DNA from: a bacterium
Lineage (GTDB): Bacteria; Patescibacteriota; Minisyncoccia; Phycocordibacterales; Zambryskibacteraceae
Assembly: GCA_030649135.1 (NCBI GenBank)
Contig: JAUSGI010000002.1
Location: 6,294 to 70,293 of the forward strand
Length of the DNA: 64,000 bases
Direction of reading: 5' to 3'
Under the pieces are notes generated by a model, which did no database searches, was not told the origin of the DNA, and saw only the letters and a list, made by a program, of their open reading frames with translations. Of the stretch, positions 29,847 to 39,248 are shown in pieces; the stretch's first letter is position 1, and every line of letters starts with the position of its first letter. A program made the position numbers and the translations under genes.

Positions 29847-30551
29847 CTAAGTTTGTCTATGGTTCTTTAGTATCTTTTCAGCCTCTTTTAAATCTTTTTG
29901 GTCGTTAACGGTGGTGAATAAGCCCTTATGCACATAAGACCTAAGTTTGCCCATCTTAGCCAGCTTCTTAAAAGTAGTTCTTTCAATTGACCCGTGCTTT
30001 GGTAAATATTTTAAAATTTCTTTATCAAACATATAGATACCAGTGTTCATTAAAACGTCTTCTAAGATTGGTTTCTCGAGAAAATCCTCAATCGAGTGGT
30101 CATGACCGAGTTTAACCACGCCATACGGATGGCGAGTAGGGCAAGTTACAATCGTAGCCACGGGCCTATATTTTTTATGATGTAGCTCTAAATCTCTTAA
30201 AGACAGGTCGGTAAATTGGTCAGAATTCATAGCAAAAAAATATTTTGGCAGATGGATATTCTCCAAAACACTACGGAAGGCATCGCCGGTTTCTTTAGCT
30301 CCACTGTGGTCATTATAAATAATACGAATACCGAAATTCTTGCCATTTCCCAAATGCTTCATCAGAACCTCTTTCTTGTAATCCACGCTTAAGACTAAGC
30401 GTTTTATTTTATTTTTCCTAAGCCAGATAAGAATCCACTCTATCATGGGCTTATCCAAGACCATCACCATAGTCTTGGGTTTATCTAGTGTGAAGGGAAG
30501 CATTCTAAATCCCTTGCCTCCTGCTAAAATAATGGCGGTTTCTACTTTCAT
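29847..30551 (-). CDS. Sugar-1-phosphate nucleotidyltransferase (glucose-1-P cytidylyl/thymidylyl-transferase-like)
   Basis: NTP_transferase signature AIILAGGKGFRMLPFT. Confidence 0.75.
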   Translation of the reverse strand: MKVETAIILAGGKGFRMLPFTLDKPKTMVMVLDKPMIEWILIWLRKNKIKRLVLSVDYKKEVLMKHLGNGKNFGIRIIYNDHSGAKETGDAFRSVLENIHLPKYFFAMNSDQFTDLSLRDLELHHKKYRPVATIVTCPTRHPYGVVKLGHDHSIEDFLEKPILEDVLMNTGIYMFDKEILKYLPKHGSIERTTFKKLAKMGKLRSYVHKGLFTTVNDQKDLKEAEKILKNHRQT

Positions 30552-30610
30552 ATTATCTTTAAATGGCCAATTTCTTGCTTAGTATATACTAGTGTACTAA
30601 TATGTAAATT

Positions 30611-31831
30611 ATGAGTAATAGTCAACCTAAAATGAGAGTGCCCTACGGTCTTTCTGTGCATGGTCAAGAAGAGATCGATGCTGTAGTGAAAGTTTTGAGG
30701 GGCAATACTGCCTTGGGCGACCGTACGAGAGAATTTGAAAAAAAAATAGCAAAAATGTTTGGTAAGAAATACGGGGTCATGGTCAATTCTGGATCATCGG
30801 CTAATTTACTGGCGTTTGAACTCTTACGTCTACCCAAGGGTAGCGAAGTTATAACTCCCATTCTAACGTGGGCTACTACTGTCGCTCCAATTGTCCAAAA
30901 GGGTCTTGTCCCAGTCTTTGTAGATGTGGACCCGTACACCTTTGTCGCCAATATAAAACAGGTAGAAAAAGCGATTACCAAAAAGACCAGAGCTCTCATG
31001 ATTCCGTCTCTCATGGGTAATATTCCTGATATGGAAAAACTGGCCAAACTAGCGAAGAAGTATAGACTTTATTTTATTGAAGACTCGTGCGATACGCTCG
31101 GAGGAAAATACAAAAGGAGGCCAACGGGAAGTTACTCCCATATCACTACCACTAGTTTCTATGGCTCCCACATTATTAATGGCGCCGGTGGGGGTGGCAT
31201 GATTTGCGTAAGCAACCCAGAATGGATGAGGCGCCTTACAGTTCTGCGCCTTTTTGGTAGGCAGTCTTCCCTCTTTGGTGAAAAAGAGAATTCCGAAGCC
31301 CTGGAAAATCGTTTCAGACAGAAGCTTGGTGGCATACCATACGATAGTAAATATCTCTTTAGTGAACTCGGCTACAACATGATGCCCCTGGAAATCTCTT
31401 CCGCCTTCGCTCTAGAGCAACTAAAGAAACTGCCCAAATTCGCCAAGATGAGAAGTAAAAATTTTGACAATTTATATAAATTTTTTAAGAACTATAAAAA
31501 ATACTTTTCCCTTGCTGTTCAGACGTCTCAAACTGAAACCATCTGGCTAGCCTTTCCTCTCGTCATTAATAATGGAGCACCTTTTACGCGTATGGAGCTG
31601 GTCACCTTTCTAGAGACAAACAATATACAAACAAGACCTATATTTACCGGGAATATTTTAAGACAACCAGGATTTAAAAATATCTCTCATCGCCTAGCGC
31701 AAAAAAGCTATCCTAATACGGAACACGTCATGCGTAATGGCTTAGTCATAGGTAGTCATCATGGTTTGAGTCCACGGCAAATTGCCTATTTAAAAGAAAA
31801 ATTTGTGGAATTTTTGTCTGATTACAAATAA
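30611..31831 (+). CDS. DegT-family PLP enzyme (sugar aminotransferase or CDP-4-keto-6-deoxyglucose-3-dehydrase-like)
   Basis: Matches DegT-family architecture; it sits beside a cytidylyltransferase. Confidence 0.7.
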   Translation: MSNSQPKMRVPYGLSVHGQEEIDAVVKVLRGNTALGDRTREFEKKIAKMFGKKYGVMVNSGSSANLLAFELLRLPKGSEVITPILTWATTVAPIVQKGLVPVFVDVDPYTFVANIKQVEKAITKKTRALMIPSLMGNIPDMEKLAKLAKKYRLYFIEDSCDTLGGKYKRRPTGSYSHITTTSFYGSHIINGAGGGGMICVSNPEWMRRLTVLRLFGRQSSLFGEKENSEALENRFRQKLGGIPYDSKYLFSELGYNMMPLEISSAFALEQLKKLPKFAKMRSKNFDNLYKFFKNYKKYFSLAVQTSQTETIWLAFPLVINNGAPFTRMELVTFLETNNIQTRPIFTGNILRQPGFKNISHRLAQKSYPNTEHVMRNGLVIGSHHGLSPRQIAYLKEKFVEFLSDYK

Positions 31832-31850
31832 GCCCTATGGATTAAAGGGG

Positions 31851-32546
31851 TTATTTCCCAAACCTTAATTTAATCAAAGTAAATATATAAGTCAGCATAA
31901 AGATAAACAGATTTCTTTTAGTCTTTCCAAACATCCTTTGGTTGAAAGTGAATGGTATTTCTTTTATTTTCAGGTTTTTATTATTTTTCTTCAACTTGAA
32001 GAGAATCTCTTCTACGATATCGAAATTATTGCAATATAAGTTAAGCCTTTTGAGGTCTCCTGCCTGATATAATTTAAAACTATTGGAGACATCCTTGCAG
32101 TTTAAACCCAGAACCAAAGAATATACTAGGTTAACCACGAGACTCATGAAGATTAACACTTTGCTATTTTTTGTAGCACCTCCCGCCACATAACGAGAAG
32201 CGATAACTACATCAAAATTATTTCTATATTTGTAAAGCTGACTTATAAATTCCGGATCATGAGAACCATCTGCGTCCATGAAGATAACGTACTCCCCCAT
32301 GGCCCTGGCGATGCCAGTGCGCACGGCATTACCGAAGTCGTTTCCTTTTTCGCGATTTACATACTTAATATGAGAGTCAAGACCAGAACAATAATCTTTA
32401 GTTCCGTCCATTGGCTCCATGGTATCAACAATAATAATTTCGTATGACGGCTCAGTTTGGTCCAATGTGGAACACAACCGAGGTAAAATGACTTTCAAAT
32501 TATCCTCTTCTTTATAAGATGGGATTATAACGCTTAAAGTTATCAT
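31851..32546 (-). CDS. GT2 glycosyltransferase (DPM1-like)
   Basis: Motifs SVIIPSYKEEDN, IIVDTMEPMDGT and MDADGSHDP. Confidence 0.75.
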   Translation of the reverse strand: MITLSVIIPSYKEEDNLKVILPRLCSTLDQTEPSYEIIIVDTMEPMDGTKDYCSGLDSHIKYVNREKGNDFGNAVRTGIARAMGEYVIFMDADGSHDPEFISQLYKYRNNFDVVIASRYVAGGATKNSKVLIFMSLVVNLVYSLVLGLNCKDVSNSFKLYQAGDLKRLNLYCNNFDIVEEILFKLKKNNKNLKIKEIPFTFNQRMFGKTKRNLFIFMLTYIFTLIKLRFGK

Positions 32547-33436
32547 TGCATTTTATTTTTATACCGAAGGTAATAATCTAATGTTTTTTGAAGCCCTGCA
32601 TCTAAACTAGTCTTTGGTTTTATCAAATTATTAAACTTGTCTAGTTTCGTAGGCTTATCCTTGTTATTTAAATCTACATGGATTTTTAACCGCTTGCCAA
32701 TTAATCTCATAATTTTTGAAACGAGTTTCTTTACCTCAATAGTCTCGTCATTGCCAATGACGAAAAAGTTTTTGGGGCTGTTTCTTATCGCTATCAAATT
32801 AGCGACAAAATCATCAATATAAACAAACTGAAGTCTACGCTTGCCATTCGAACGTAGGACCACGCCATCTTTGCTTTCAGCCGTTTTCATTATAAAAAAC
32901 GGGATTACTTGAGCAACCTCTGGGTTAAAGTCATTGCCTGGACCGTAAACTGCCGGTGGACGAACTATTTTAACATTTATCTTGGTCTGGGCCTCAAATG
33001 ATTTAAGGATTAGCTCATTCATGTATTTACCAATGACATAACCGTCAATTTGTATATCTTGAGATAATGCGTATTCAACAAGAACTGAACTAACATAGAT
33101 GATTGTCTTAATTTTGCTAGTCTTGGCCGCTTCTAAAAAAGTTAGCAGGGGCAAGGTATTATTAAAAATAGCATCAAATGGCCATCCAGTGTGAACAGCC
33201 ACATTTTTCTTAAAGGCCGCTAGATAATAGACAGCATCAATATTTTTAACAATTTTTTGGCAAAATTTCTTATTCCTCAAATCTCCATAAAAGACTTTTG
33301 CTCCAGAACATTTGAATTTTTCATCCCGCGAAACTAGAAATAAGTTGCTATTACCAACTAATTTTTTGGTCAAAGCGTGACCAACGAAACCATTTGCTCC
33401 CGTGACCAAGATATTTTGTTTTTTCTGTCTAGTCAT
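32543..33436 (-). CDS. NAD-dependent epimerase/dehydratase
   Basis: Rossmann N-terminus VTGANGFVGHAL. Confidence 0.7.
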   Translation of the reverse strand: MTRQKKQNILVTGANGFVGHALTKKLVGNSNLFLVSRDEKFKCSGAKVFYGDLRNKKFCQKIVKNIDAVYYLAAFKKNVAVHTGWPFDAIFNNTLPLLTFLEAAKTSKIKTIIYVSSVLVEYALSQDIQIDGYVIGKYMNELILKSFEAQTKINVKIVRPPAVYGPGNDFNPEVAQVIPFFIMKTAESKDGVVLRSNGKRRLQFVYIDDFVANLIAIRNSPKNFFVIGNDETIEVKKLVSKIMRLIGKRLKIHVDLNNKDKPTKLDKFNNLIKPKTSLDAGLQKTLDYYLRYKNKMQ

Positions 33437-33551
33437 CCGAATATTTTGCTAAGTCTAACAAATCATAGACTTATTAAAAACCGTTGACTTTAAATATGTA
33501 ATATGTTATTATAGTAAAAGAGTGTAAATCAAGTTTGGGAAAGGACTTCTC

Positions 33552-34310
33552 ATGGGTGGAGTAGTGGTCGTCACAACTACGTTATACAACAGCATCGAGG
33601 AATTACGGTTTCGCCTGGCCTGCGATATGGTCAGGGTGGCCGTAGCCGATGGGTACAAAGTTGTCATCGGTGACGACTCGTCTATTATTCCCGAAGTGGC
33701 GGGAACTTTCCGTAGTCTCGGCGCGAATGTCTATCCCCGGCACCACAAGGGCGTGGGGTCAGGACGACGGGAAGCATTCTTCCACGCCTGGGAAGTGTCG
33801 GTGCGGGAGAACTGCTCCGCCATCGTCTGGACCGAACCTGAGAAGGTCGACCTGATCCGATGGGTCGGGAAAATTATCAGGCCCCTCGAGAATGGAGAGG
33901 CTGACATCGTCATTCCCGCACGCACGGAAAGGAGCTGGCAGACCTGGCCAGCATTCCAGCGGGAAAGCGAGACGCGGGCCAACGGTGTCTACAACGAGGT
34001 TTTGGGTACGAGAGGCTTCGACCCGATGTTTGGGCCGGTGGCTTTCACTCTCGACTTCGTGCCAGAATTTGCTTTCTGTAACCCGAAGGCGCTCGGAGTG
34101 CCGGACACCTACGTCCAGCATTACGCACCGATCATCGCCCGACATCATGGCGCCCGGGTCGTGTCGGTTGAGGTCGACATGACCTATCCGCCCGAGCAGC
34201 GAGCCGAGGAAGAAGGAGCGGCGAAAGAGACCATGCTCGAGAAACGCAAGTGGCAGCTCGGGAGCCTCTCTGAGGCCTACCGAACCTTAGCGAAAATTTC
34301 TCCCCGATGA
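33552..34310 (+). CDS. GT-A-fold (GT2/DPM1-like) glycosyltransferase-like protein, GC-rich
   Basis: Motifs VVIGDDSS, HHKGVGSGRREAFFHA and EADIVIPAR. Upstream lies TTGACT-N17-TATTAT plus an AAAGGA SD. The GC is clearly above its flanks. Confidence 0.45.
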   Translation: MGGVVVVTTTLYNSIEELRFRLACDMVRVAVADGYKVVIGDDSSIIPEVAGTFRSLGANVYPRHHKGVGSGRREAFFHAWEVSVRENCSAIVWTEPEKVDLIRWVGKIIRPLENGEADIVIPARTERSWQTWPAFQRESETRANGVYNEVLGTRGFDPMFGPVAFTLDFVPEFAFCNPKALGVPDTYVQHYAPIIARHHGARVVSVEVDMTYPPEQRAEEEGAAKETMLEKRKWQLGSLSEAYRTLAKISPR

Positions 34311-34372
34311 AACGTGTCCAGTAGTGCATCACAATGGCGACCGCAGTAATACACGCGGTCGCCATTTTCACT

Positions 34373-36079
34373 TTAGAGAGGCAGGGACAAAATCACAAAT
34401 CTCCCGTCATCATACAGGGCCTTGTTTAAAGAGATGCGCTCAAGATTATCGTGAGCACGATCGAGGATGAGATATTTAACGTTAAATTGTTGGAGGAGGG
34501 TGGCTTGATCTTTTTTGACGGTCTTAAAACGCTCTACCAGCGTTTTGAAATATTCTTCCCCGCGGAGAGTAATCGAATCGGTACGTGGCGGACATTGGCG
34601 AGGACCAGCAAAACGCACCCAAACATCGCAGAGCCAGGCGCGCCGGTTTTGAGCTAGAGGCTCTAGTTCTGACGGCCCGGCGCCAGCGTAAAGCCCTAGA
34701 CCACTCTTTATGTCTTCGATCGTCAAAACATCCATGCTATGCGAGACGAGATATCTATCCTCAAGTTCGGGCCCAGAAATATTATGAAGTACCGTACCTT
34801 CTGTAAAGAGTGGGTAGTGCCGAGTCATAATCGGTATATATTCCGAAATTGAATCGTTCGCCCAAATCACAGATTGTTCTGGCACATTTTTATCTAGCCA
34901 TTTTAGCGGGCCAGCATAGGTCTGTAGATCGGCGGTATAATCACTACCACGTTCACCAAAAAACTTGAAAAAATCTAGCCCATGAGGAAGGTTTCTCACC
35001 ACTCCTACCGAGAGTATTGAGAGAAGAATCGCTACTACTATGTATTTGGTTCTGTGGGTTTTTAAAGTTTCTGAGAAATACCATTCATACAAACCGACTC
35101 CTAAAATTATCACCATCCATAAAATGACAAAACGTCCGACATGCACGCCAAGAGTCAGTTCGACGCCAGTAATGATATTTAAACACAAGCTAACGAAGAG
35201 TGCCGCACCTGTCGAGAACCAAAATACTTTTTGTTTTAAAGGCACCAGCCATGTCAAAAGCATTCCGACTGCCAACCAACGACCATAGAAAAAAACTTCT
35301 ATCGATGGAACGCGAGTGTAAACAAGACCAATGCGACTAAGGGTTTCAAAGTAATAAGGGCCCTGCATCTGCATCAAGGTATAGAAACCGAAAGGGATAA
35401 GGAGGAGTGCGGTAAAAATACCGCAGGTCAGAAGCGAGCGTAACTCTTGGAAACGTCTGGTAAACAAAAACCAGAAAAAAATAAAGGCAAAACTTAACAA
35501 GACAATATAAGAAAGATACGAGTAGACATAAAAGGCAGAAGCCGCAGCGAGCGAAAGCCAAACTATCCTCTTTCTCTCATGCGGCTCGTACAAGAACTTC
35601 AGAAGGGCAATGAGAAACATGAGAAAGAAAGGATAAACTATCTGCATAATGGTCGGCCGAAGCATGAGTGAATATAAACTGATATAGAGAAACACCGACC
35701 ACAGGAATGCCCACCCTCTCGGCAAACGCAAGAGCCGGAGCAGGGTAAAGGACAGAGCTAAAAATACAAAACTCCACGCGAACATATTAATCATAACGGC
35801 GAGATTAAACGGCACCCCAAGAAGCATTGGAATCGCTGAGACAATATCCGGCAAGAAAAACGCTGGAGCCAAATCCTTGCGGTATTCATAGACATACGGA
35901 TTGCCGAGGAGCGGGTATCCATCCACCACTTCATGCATGCGCGCATAGTAATACAAACTGTCGGTAGAACCTCTGGGTAAGACGCCCTGCCAGTTTCGCC
36001 ATCCCCCAACTTCGTATATGACAAAAATTGCTGGAATTAGTGTGGCCACCAAAGCGACGGCTAGGAACAATTTCTTCAT
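34373..36079 (-). CDS. Large polytopic membrane protein, putative GtrC/GT-C-type glycosyltransferase (paralog of 21767..23515)
   Basis: About 12 TM helices plus a C-terminal domain. It overlaps the GtrA-like gene by 4 nt. Confidence 0.45.
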   Translation of the reverse strand: MKKLFLAVALVATLIPAIFVIYEVGGWRNWQGVLPRGSTDSLYYYARMHEVVDGYPLLGNPYVYEYRKDLAPAFFLPDIVSAIPMLLGVPFNLAVMINMFAWSFVFLALSFTLLRLLRLPRGWAFLWSVFLYISLYSLMLRPTIMQIVYPFFLMFLIALLKFLYEPHERKRIVWLSLAAASAFYVYSYLSYIVLLSFAFIFFWFLFTRRFQELRSLLTCGIFTALLLIPFGFYTLMQMQGPYYFETLSRIGLVYTRVPSIEVFFYGRWLAVGMLLTWLVPLKQKVFWFSTGAALFVSLCLNIITGVELTLGVHVGRFVILWMVIILGVGLYEWYFSETLKTHRTKYIVVAILLSILSVGVVRNLPHGLDFFKFFGERGSDYTADLQTYAGPLKWLDKNVPEQSVIWANDSISEYIPIMTRHYPLFTEGTVLHNISGPELEDRYLVSHSMDVLTIEDIKSGLGLYAGAGPSELEPLAQNRRAWLCDVWVRFAGPRQCPPRTDSITLRGEEYFKTLVERFKTVKKDQATLLQQFNVKYLILDRAHDNLERISLNKALYDDGRFVILSLPL

Positions 36080-36492
36080 GAGTTTTCATTATGGATGCTA
36101 TCGGGAGAAAAAACCAGGTATTTAAACACAAAAAAACTATAGACGGCGACCAGACCGAGAACAAAAAATTGAGAGATTAGGTAATGAATATGAAGCATAT
36201 CCACACTTATGTATAGGAGTAAAGCATTAACGCCTAGATTTAAAATCTGAATTCCTAGATAAACGAGAGACTGCTGTCTGATTTTCTCTTTTGTATAGTC
36301 GTTGAAAGTGAAAAACTTCTGCATCATGAAACTCACGGCAACCGCCACGATGAAGGCTACGACGGAAGCCAGCAAATACCACATATAAAAAAAGTGTACC
36401 AAGATAAAAAGCATGGTTAGATTTATAACTGCGGCAGAACCACCGGAGATAAGATAGCGAATGGCGCGATGATTAAGGATGATTTTTATCAT
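36076..36492 (-). CDS. GtrA-family small membrane protein (polyprenyl-P-sugar flippase-like)
   Basis: 138 aa with 4 TM helices and YLISGGSAAVINL. Confidence 0.7.
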   Translation of the reverse strand: MIKIILNHRAIRYLISGGSAAVINLTMLFILVHFFYMWYLLASVVAFIVAVAVSFMMQKFFTFNDYTKEKIRQQSLVYLGIQILNLGVNALLLYISVDMLHIHYLISQFFVLGLVAVYSFFVFKYLVFSPDSIHNENS

Positions 36493-36532
36493 TTGGGTAT
36501 CTGTAAGGCGCTATGATAGTATAAACGCTAAG

Positions 36533-37090
36533 ATGATAAAAGAATACCTAGAAAAATCCTTGGCGGTAAAAAATGCCGCGCTGACCGATCAAAGCTTCCT
36601 TGAAAATGCGGAGAAAGCGGGACGGCAAATTTATGACTCGCTGATGGCCGGTAAACATATTTATATCGCCGGTGTTGGCGGAGCAGCCGCAGAGTCGCAA
36701 CATTTCTCCGCAGAACTCTTGGGTAAATACTCTGCGATGAGGAGAGCTTTTCCGGCAGTAGCCTTAACTACCGACTCCTCAATGCTTACTGCTTGGGCAA
36801 ATGATACCAGCTTTGACTTTATATTTTCGCGCCAACTTGAAGGCCTTGGAAAAGAAGGGGATATATTTGTCGCTCTCTCCGCGGGAGGAAACTCACCTTG
36901 TATCGTAGAAGCTCTTAAGACGGCAAACTCTATCGGAATGATCTCCATTGGTCTTTTGGGTAAAAGTGGCGGAAAAGCCAAAGAAATGTGCACCATTCCC
37001 ATCGTCGTCCCTTCAGATGTTACTTCTCACATTCAAGAAACCCATCTCATGCTTGTTCACTTTTTCTGCGAATATTTAGAACCGCAGTAA
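36533..37090 (+). CDS. gmhA: SIS-domain phosphoheptose isomerase (sedoheptulose-7-P isomerase)
   Basis: Motifs GVGGAAAESQHFSAEL and ALSAGGNS. The start is taken at ATG 36533; the track start at 36479 overlaps the GtrA gene. Confidence 0.7.
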   Translation: MIKEYLEKSLAVKNAALTDQSFLENAEKAGRQIYDSLMAGKHIYIAGVGGAAAESQHFSAELLGKYSAMRRAFPAVALTTDSSMLTAWANDTSFDFIFSRQLEGLGKEGDIFVALSAGGNSPCIVEALKTANSIGMISIGLLGKSGGKAKEMCTIPIVVPSDVTSHIQETHLMLVHFFCEYLEPQ

Positions 37091-37098
37091 ACAAATAC

Positions 37099-37127
37099 TT
37101 GACATTTGCATAGTATACAGATATAAT
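37099..37127 (+). promoter_or_regulatory. Perfect consensus sigma70-type promoter TTGACA-N17-TATAAT
   Basis: TTGACAtttgcatagtatacagaTATAAT, with a strong SD AAAAGGAGG 6 nt before the ATG at 37171. Confidence 0.55.
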
Positions 37128-37170
37128 CGGGAAAGAACTCATTCCCCTACACTACAAAAGGAGGGCACAC

Positions 37171-37848
37171 ATGCCCACGATTCTCAAGGCCATTCTTTGT
37201 GATGTCGACGGAGTGCTCGTCGACACAGAGGGTCTGCATTTTCAGGCGTGGGATTGGATTTGTCGTGATATCGGAGGACAACCCCTCACTCAGGAAGAAC
37301 ACGCTACTCTCGTTGGGAAAGACGGGCCAGTCATCATGAGGGAACTTTCCCAGATGAAGGGGTTCGGCGGCGATCTGACCAAACTCAATGACCGTTGCCG
37401 AGAGAAGTACATCGAGTTACGGCAGACTGGGAACATCCCAGTCATCATGGAGAACGTTATGCTTCTTCGTGAGTTTGCCGAGCTGTACTCGGGCTTAAGG
37501 TTCGCGGCTGTTTCTTCCGATACTCACGACCATATTCAGCAGAACCTTCGGGTAGCTGGGCTTGAAAATTTCTTCGAACTGGCAGTTTCCGCCCATTCAG
37601 ACGGTTTGAAGAAGAAGCCCGCCCCCGACGTGTGGTTGGTGGCGATGAAGAGACTCGGAGTCGCTCCAGAAGAATGCCTAGCTTTCGAAGATTCACCAGC
37701 CGGAGTCGAATCTGTCACCAGCGCCGGGGTCAGGGTAGTGGCGCTACCCAGCCCCTCAACTGTATCCTGTAGCTTCCCGACCGCTCACACGGTCATCAAA
37801 CCAGGAGAAAGGAAAAACGCCAGAGAAATCCTTGCGCGCGTGATGTAG
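37171..37848 (+). CDS. HAD-IA hydrolase (beta-phosphoglucomutase/phosphatase-like), GC-rich
   Basis: DVDGVLVDTE (DxD), the motif II S/T and the K/DD motifs AFEDSPAG. Confidence 0.75.
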   Translation: MPTILKAILCDVDGVLVDTEGLHFQAWDWICRDIGGQPLTQEEHATLVGKDGPVIMRELSQMKGFGGDLTKLNDRCREKYIELRQTGNIPVIMENVMLLREFAELYSGLRFAAVSSDTHDHIQQNLRVAGLENFFELAVSAHSDGLKKKPAPDVWLVAMKRLGVAPEECLAFEDSPAGVESVTSAGVRVVALPSPSTVSCSFPTAHTVIKPGERKNAREILARVM

Positions 37849-37860
37849 TGTGCTCACCAA

Positions 37861-37890
37861 GAGCCGGGTCCTGACCCGGCTCTTTTCAAT
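37861..37890 (+). terminator. Hairpin GAGCCGGG-tcctga-CCCGGCTC followed by TTTTCAAT
   Basis: 12 nt downstream of the HAD gene stop; it also abuts the stop of the convergent 37890 gene. Confidence 0.6.
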
Positions 37891-38381
37891 TACGATTTTT
37901 CTTTATAAATTTTAAGAATCTTTTCTATAATATTTGTCGTCGACTGAACACGGCCAGGAATAATTACCACCTTATCTACATTCTCGCGCACAAAGTCTGC
38001 TTGAATATTTTGTTCCACAGTATAATCTCCACCTTTAGTATAAATGTCAGGGTGGACTGCTTTCAAAAAAGTGCCCGGGTCTTTTTCATCAAAAATATGA
38101 ACGTAGTCGACGCAAGCCAGAGCTGCCACCACTTCCGCGCGTTCACGTTCAGGAATGATTGGACGAAGTTTTGATTTGTATTGTCTTACCGAAGCATCTG
38201 AATTTATACCCACTACTAGAATATCACCAAGCAATTTACTTTCTTCTAGAAGTATTTTCTGGCCGATGTGGAATACATCAAAAGCACCGTTGGTAGCTAC
38301 AATTTTTTTACCATGCTTTTTGAGTTCCTCGACTCTTGCTTCAAGCTCGGAGAGAGAAACAATTTTGTGAGCTGTTTTCAT
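37890..38381 (-). CDS. Heptose-1-phosphate adenylyl/nucleotidyl-transferase (HldE domain II / RfaE-II-like cytidylyltransferase fold)
   Basis: Start reassigned to ATG 38381 (MKTAHKIVSL). Carries the HxGH-type motif NGAFDVFHIGQ and the region GINSDASV. Confidence 0.7.
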   Translation of the reverse strand: MKTAHKIVSLSELEARVEELKKHGKKIVATNGAFDVFHIGQKILLEESKLLGDILVVGINSDASVRQYKSKLRPIIPERERAEVVAALACVDYVHIFDEKDPGTFLKAVHPDIYTKGGDYTVEQNIQADFVRENVDKVVIIPGRVQSTTNIIEKILKIYKEKS

Positions 38382-38409
38382 ATCAGACAGTATACAGCTG
38401 AAAAAATAC

Positions 38410-38437
38410 TTGACAAGTAGGCTAAATCTATTATAAT
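38410..38437 (+). promoter_or_regulatory. Perfect consensus sigma70-type promoter TTGACA-N16-TATAAT
   Basis: TTGACAagtaggctaaatctatTATAAT, then SD GAGGAG 6 nt before the ATG at 38477. It shares the AATACTTGACA prefix with the promoter at 37099. Confidence 0.55.
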
Positions 38438-38476
38438 CAGAAGCAGACACAATCAATATAAACGCGAGGAGAACGT

Positions 38477-39211
38477 ATGAACTTCGCTGAGTTCTGCTCA
38501 AAACAAAGCAGTATCTACGACGACATGCGGAAGCAGGAATGCGAGGAATCACGGATCACAGGGATGATGGAAGATCCCGGGCTCGTCACTAGGAGAGGCG
38601 GGTTTTTTCTCTCCCTCATTCACCCGCCTGAGTTTGCTCAGAAAGTAGCGGATTTCTCCGCCAAGGTTGGCGCCCTGATGCCAGCAATGGTTTACAGCAA
38701 CAAGGAGATACACACGACCGTCGGGTCAATTTCCACTTCGGTCATCCCACACTTCTATTTCGACGGAAACCGTGAGGACCATGCGCACCAGCTTTCCGTC
38801 ATCGAACGCGTGGCGGAGGAGACAGCAAAGAGAGTGAAAGCGGGGGTATGCAAAATTGGTTTTATTACGCCCTGCATCCTTCTGCCGAATCTCATCATCG
38901 CGCCGGGCGAAGCGAATCAGAGCGTCTTCGAAGTGACGACCGCGCTGACCGAATTCGGTACACAGATGGGGTTAGCAATGGCCCCATGCAAAAACGGCCA
39001 TGTGACAGTCAACCGCTTCACCGAAGCGAAGAGTGTAGGGGAAATATCCGATATTCTTAGGTTGATGGAGAAGGAGCCACCCTTTGGTGTCAGTCATCCG
39101 ATCGGGATCGCAGCGGGTTACACACTGCGTCACGAATCCGAACGAAATGTTACTGACCTTCGCGAAACACCCGGGCACTTCCACGGCACCAAGTTCTTCC
39201 GGTTCCAATAA
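38477..39211 (+). CDS. 2H phosphoesterase superfamily protein (LigT / cyclic phosphodiesterase-like), GC-rich
   Basis: Two H-x-T-x motifs, EIHTTVGS and NGHVTVNR, about 95 residues apart. Confidence 0.45.
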   Translation: MNFAEFCSKQSSIYDDMRKQECEESRITGMMEDPGLVTRRGGFFLSLIHPPEFAQKVADFSAKVGALMPAMVYSNKEIHTTVGSISTSVIPHFYFDGNREDHAHQLSVIERVAEETAKRVKAGVCKIGFITPCILLPNLIIAPGEANQSVFEVTTALTEFGTQMGLAMAPCKNGHVTVNRFTEAKSVGEISDILRLMEKEPPFGVSHPIGIAAGYTLRHESERNVTDLRETPGHFHGTKFFRFQ

Positions 39212-39215
39212 AGAC

Positions 39216-39246
39216 GGCCACCTCGAAGTTTGAGGTGGCCTTTTAT
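39216..39246. terminator. Bidirectional hairpin GGCCACCTC-gaagttt-GAGGTGGCC with T-tracts on both strands
   Basis: Sits between the convergent 2H-phosphoesterase and transaldolase genes. Confidence 0.65.
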
Positions 39247-39248
39247 CC

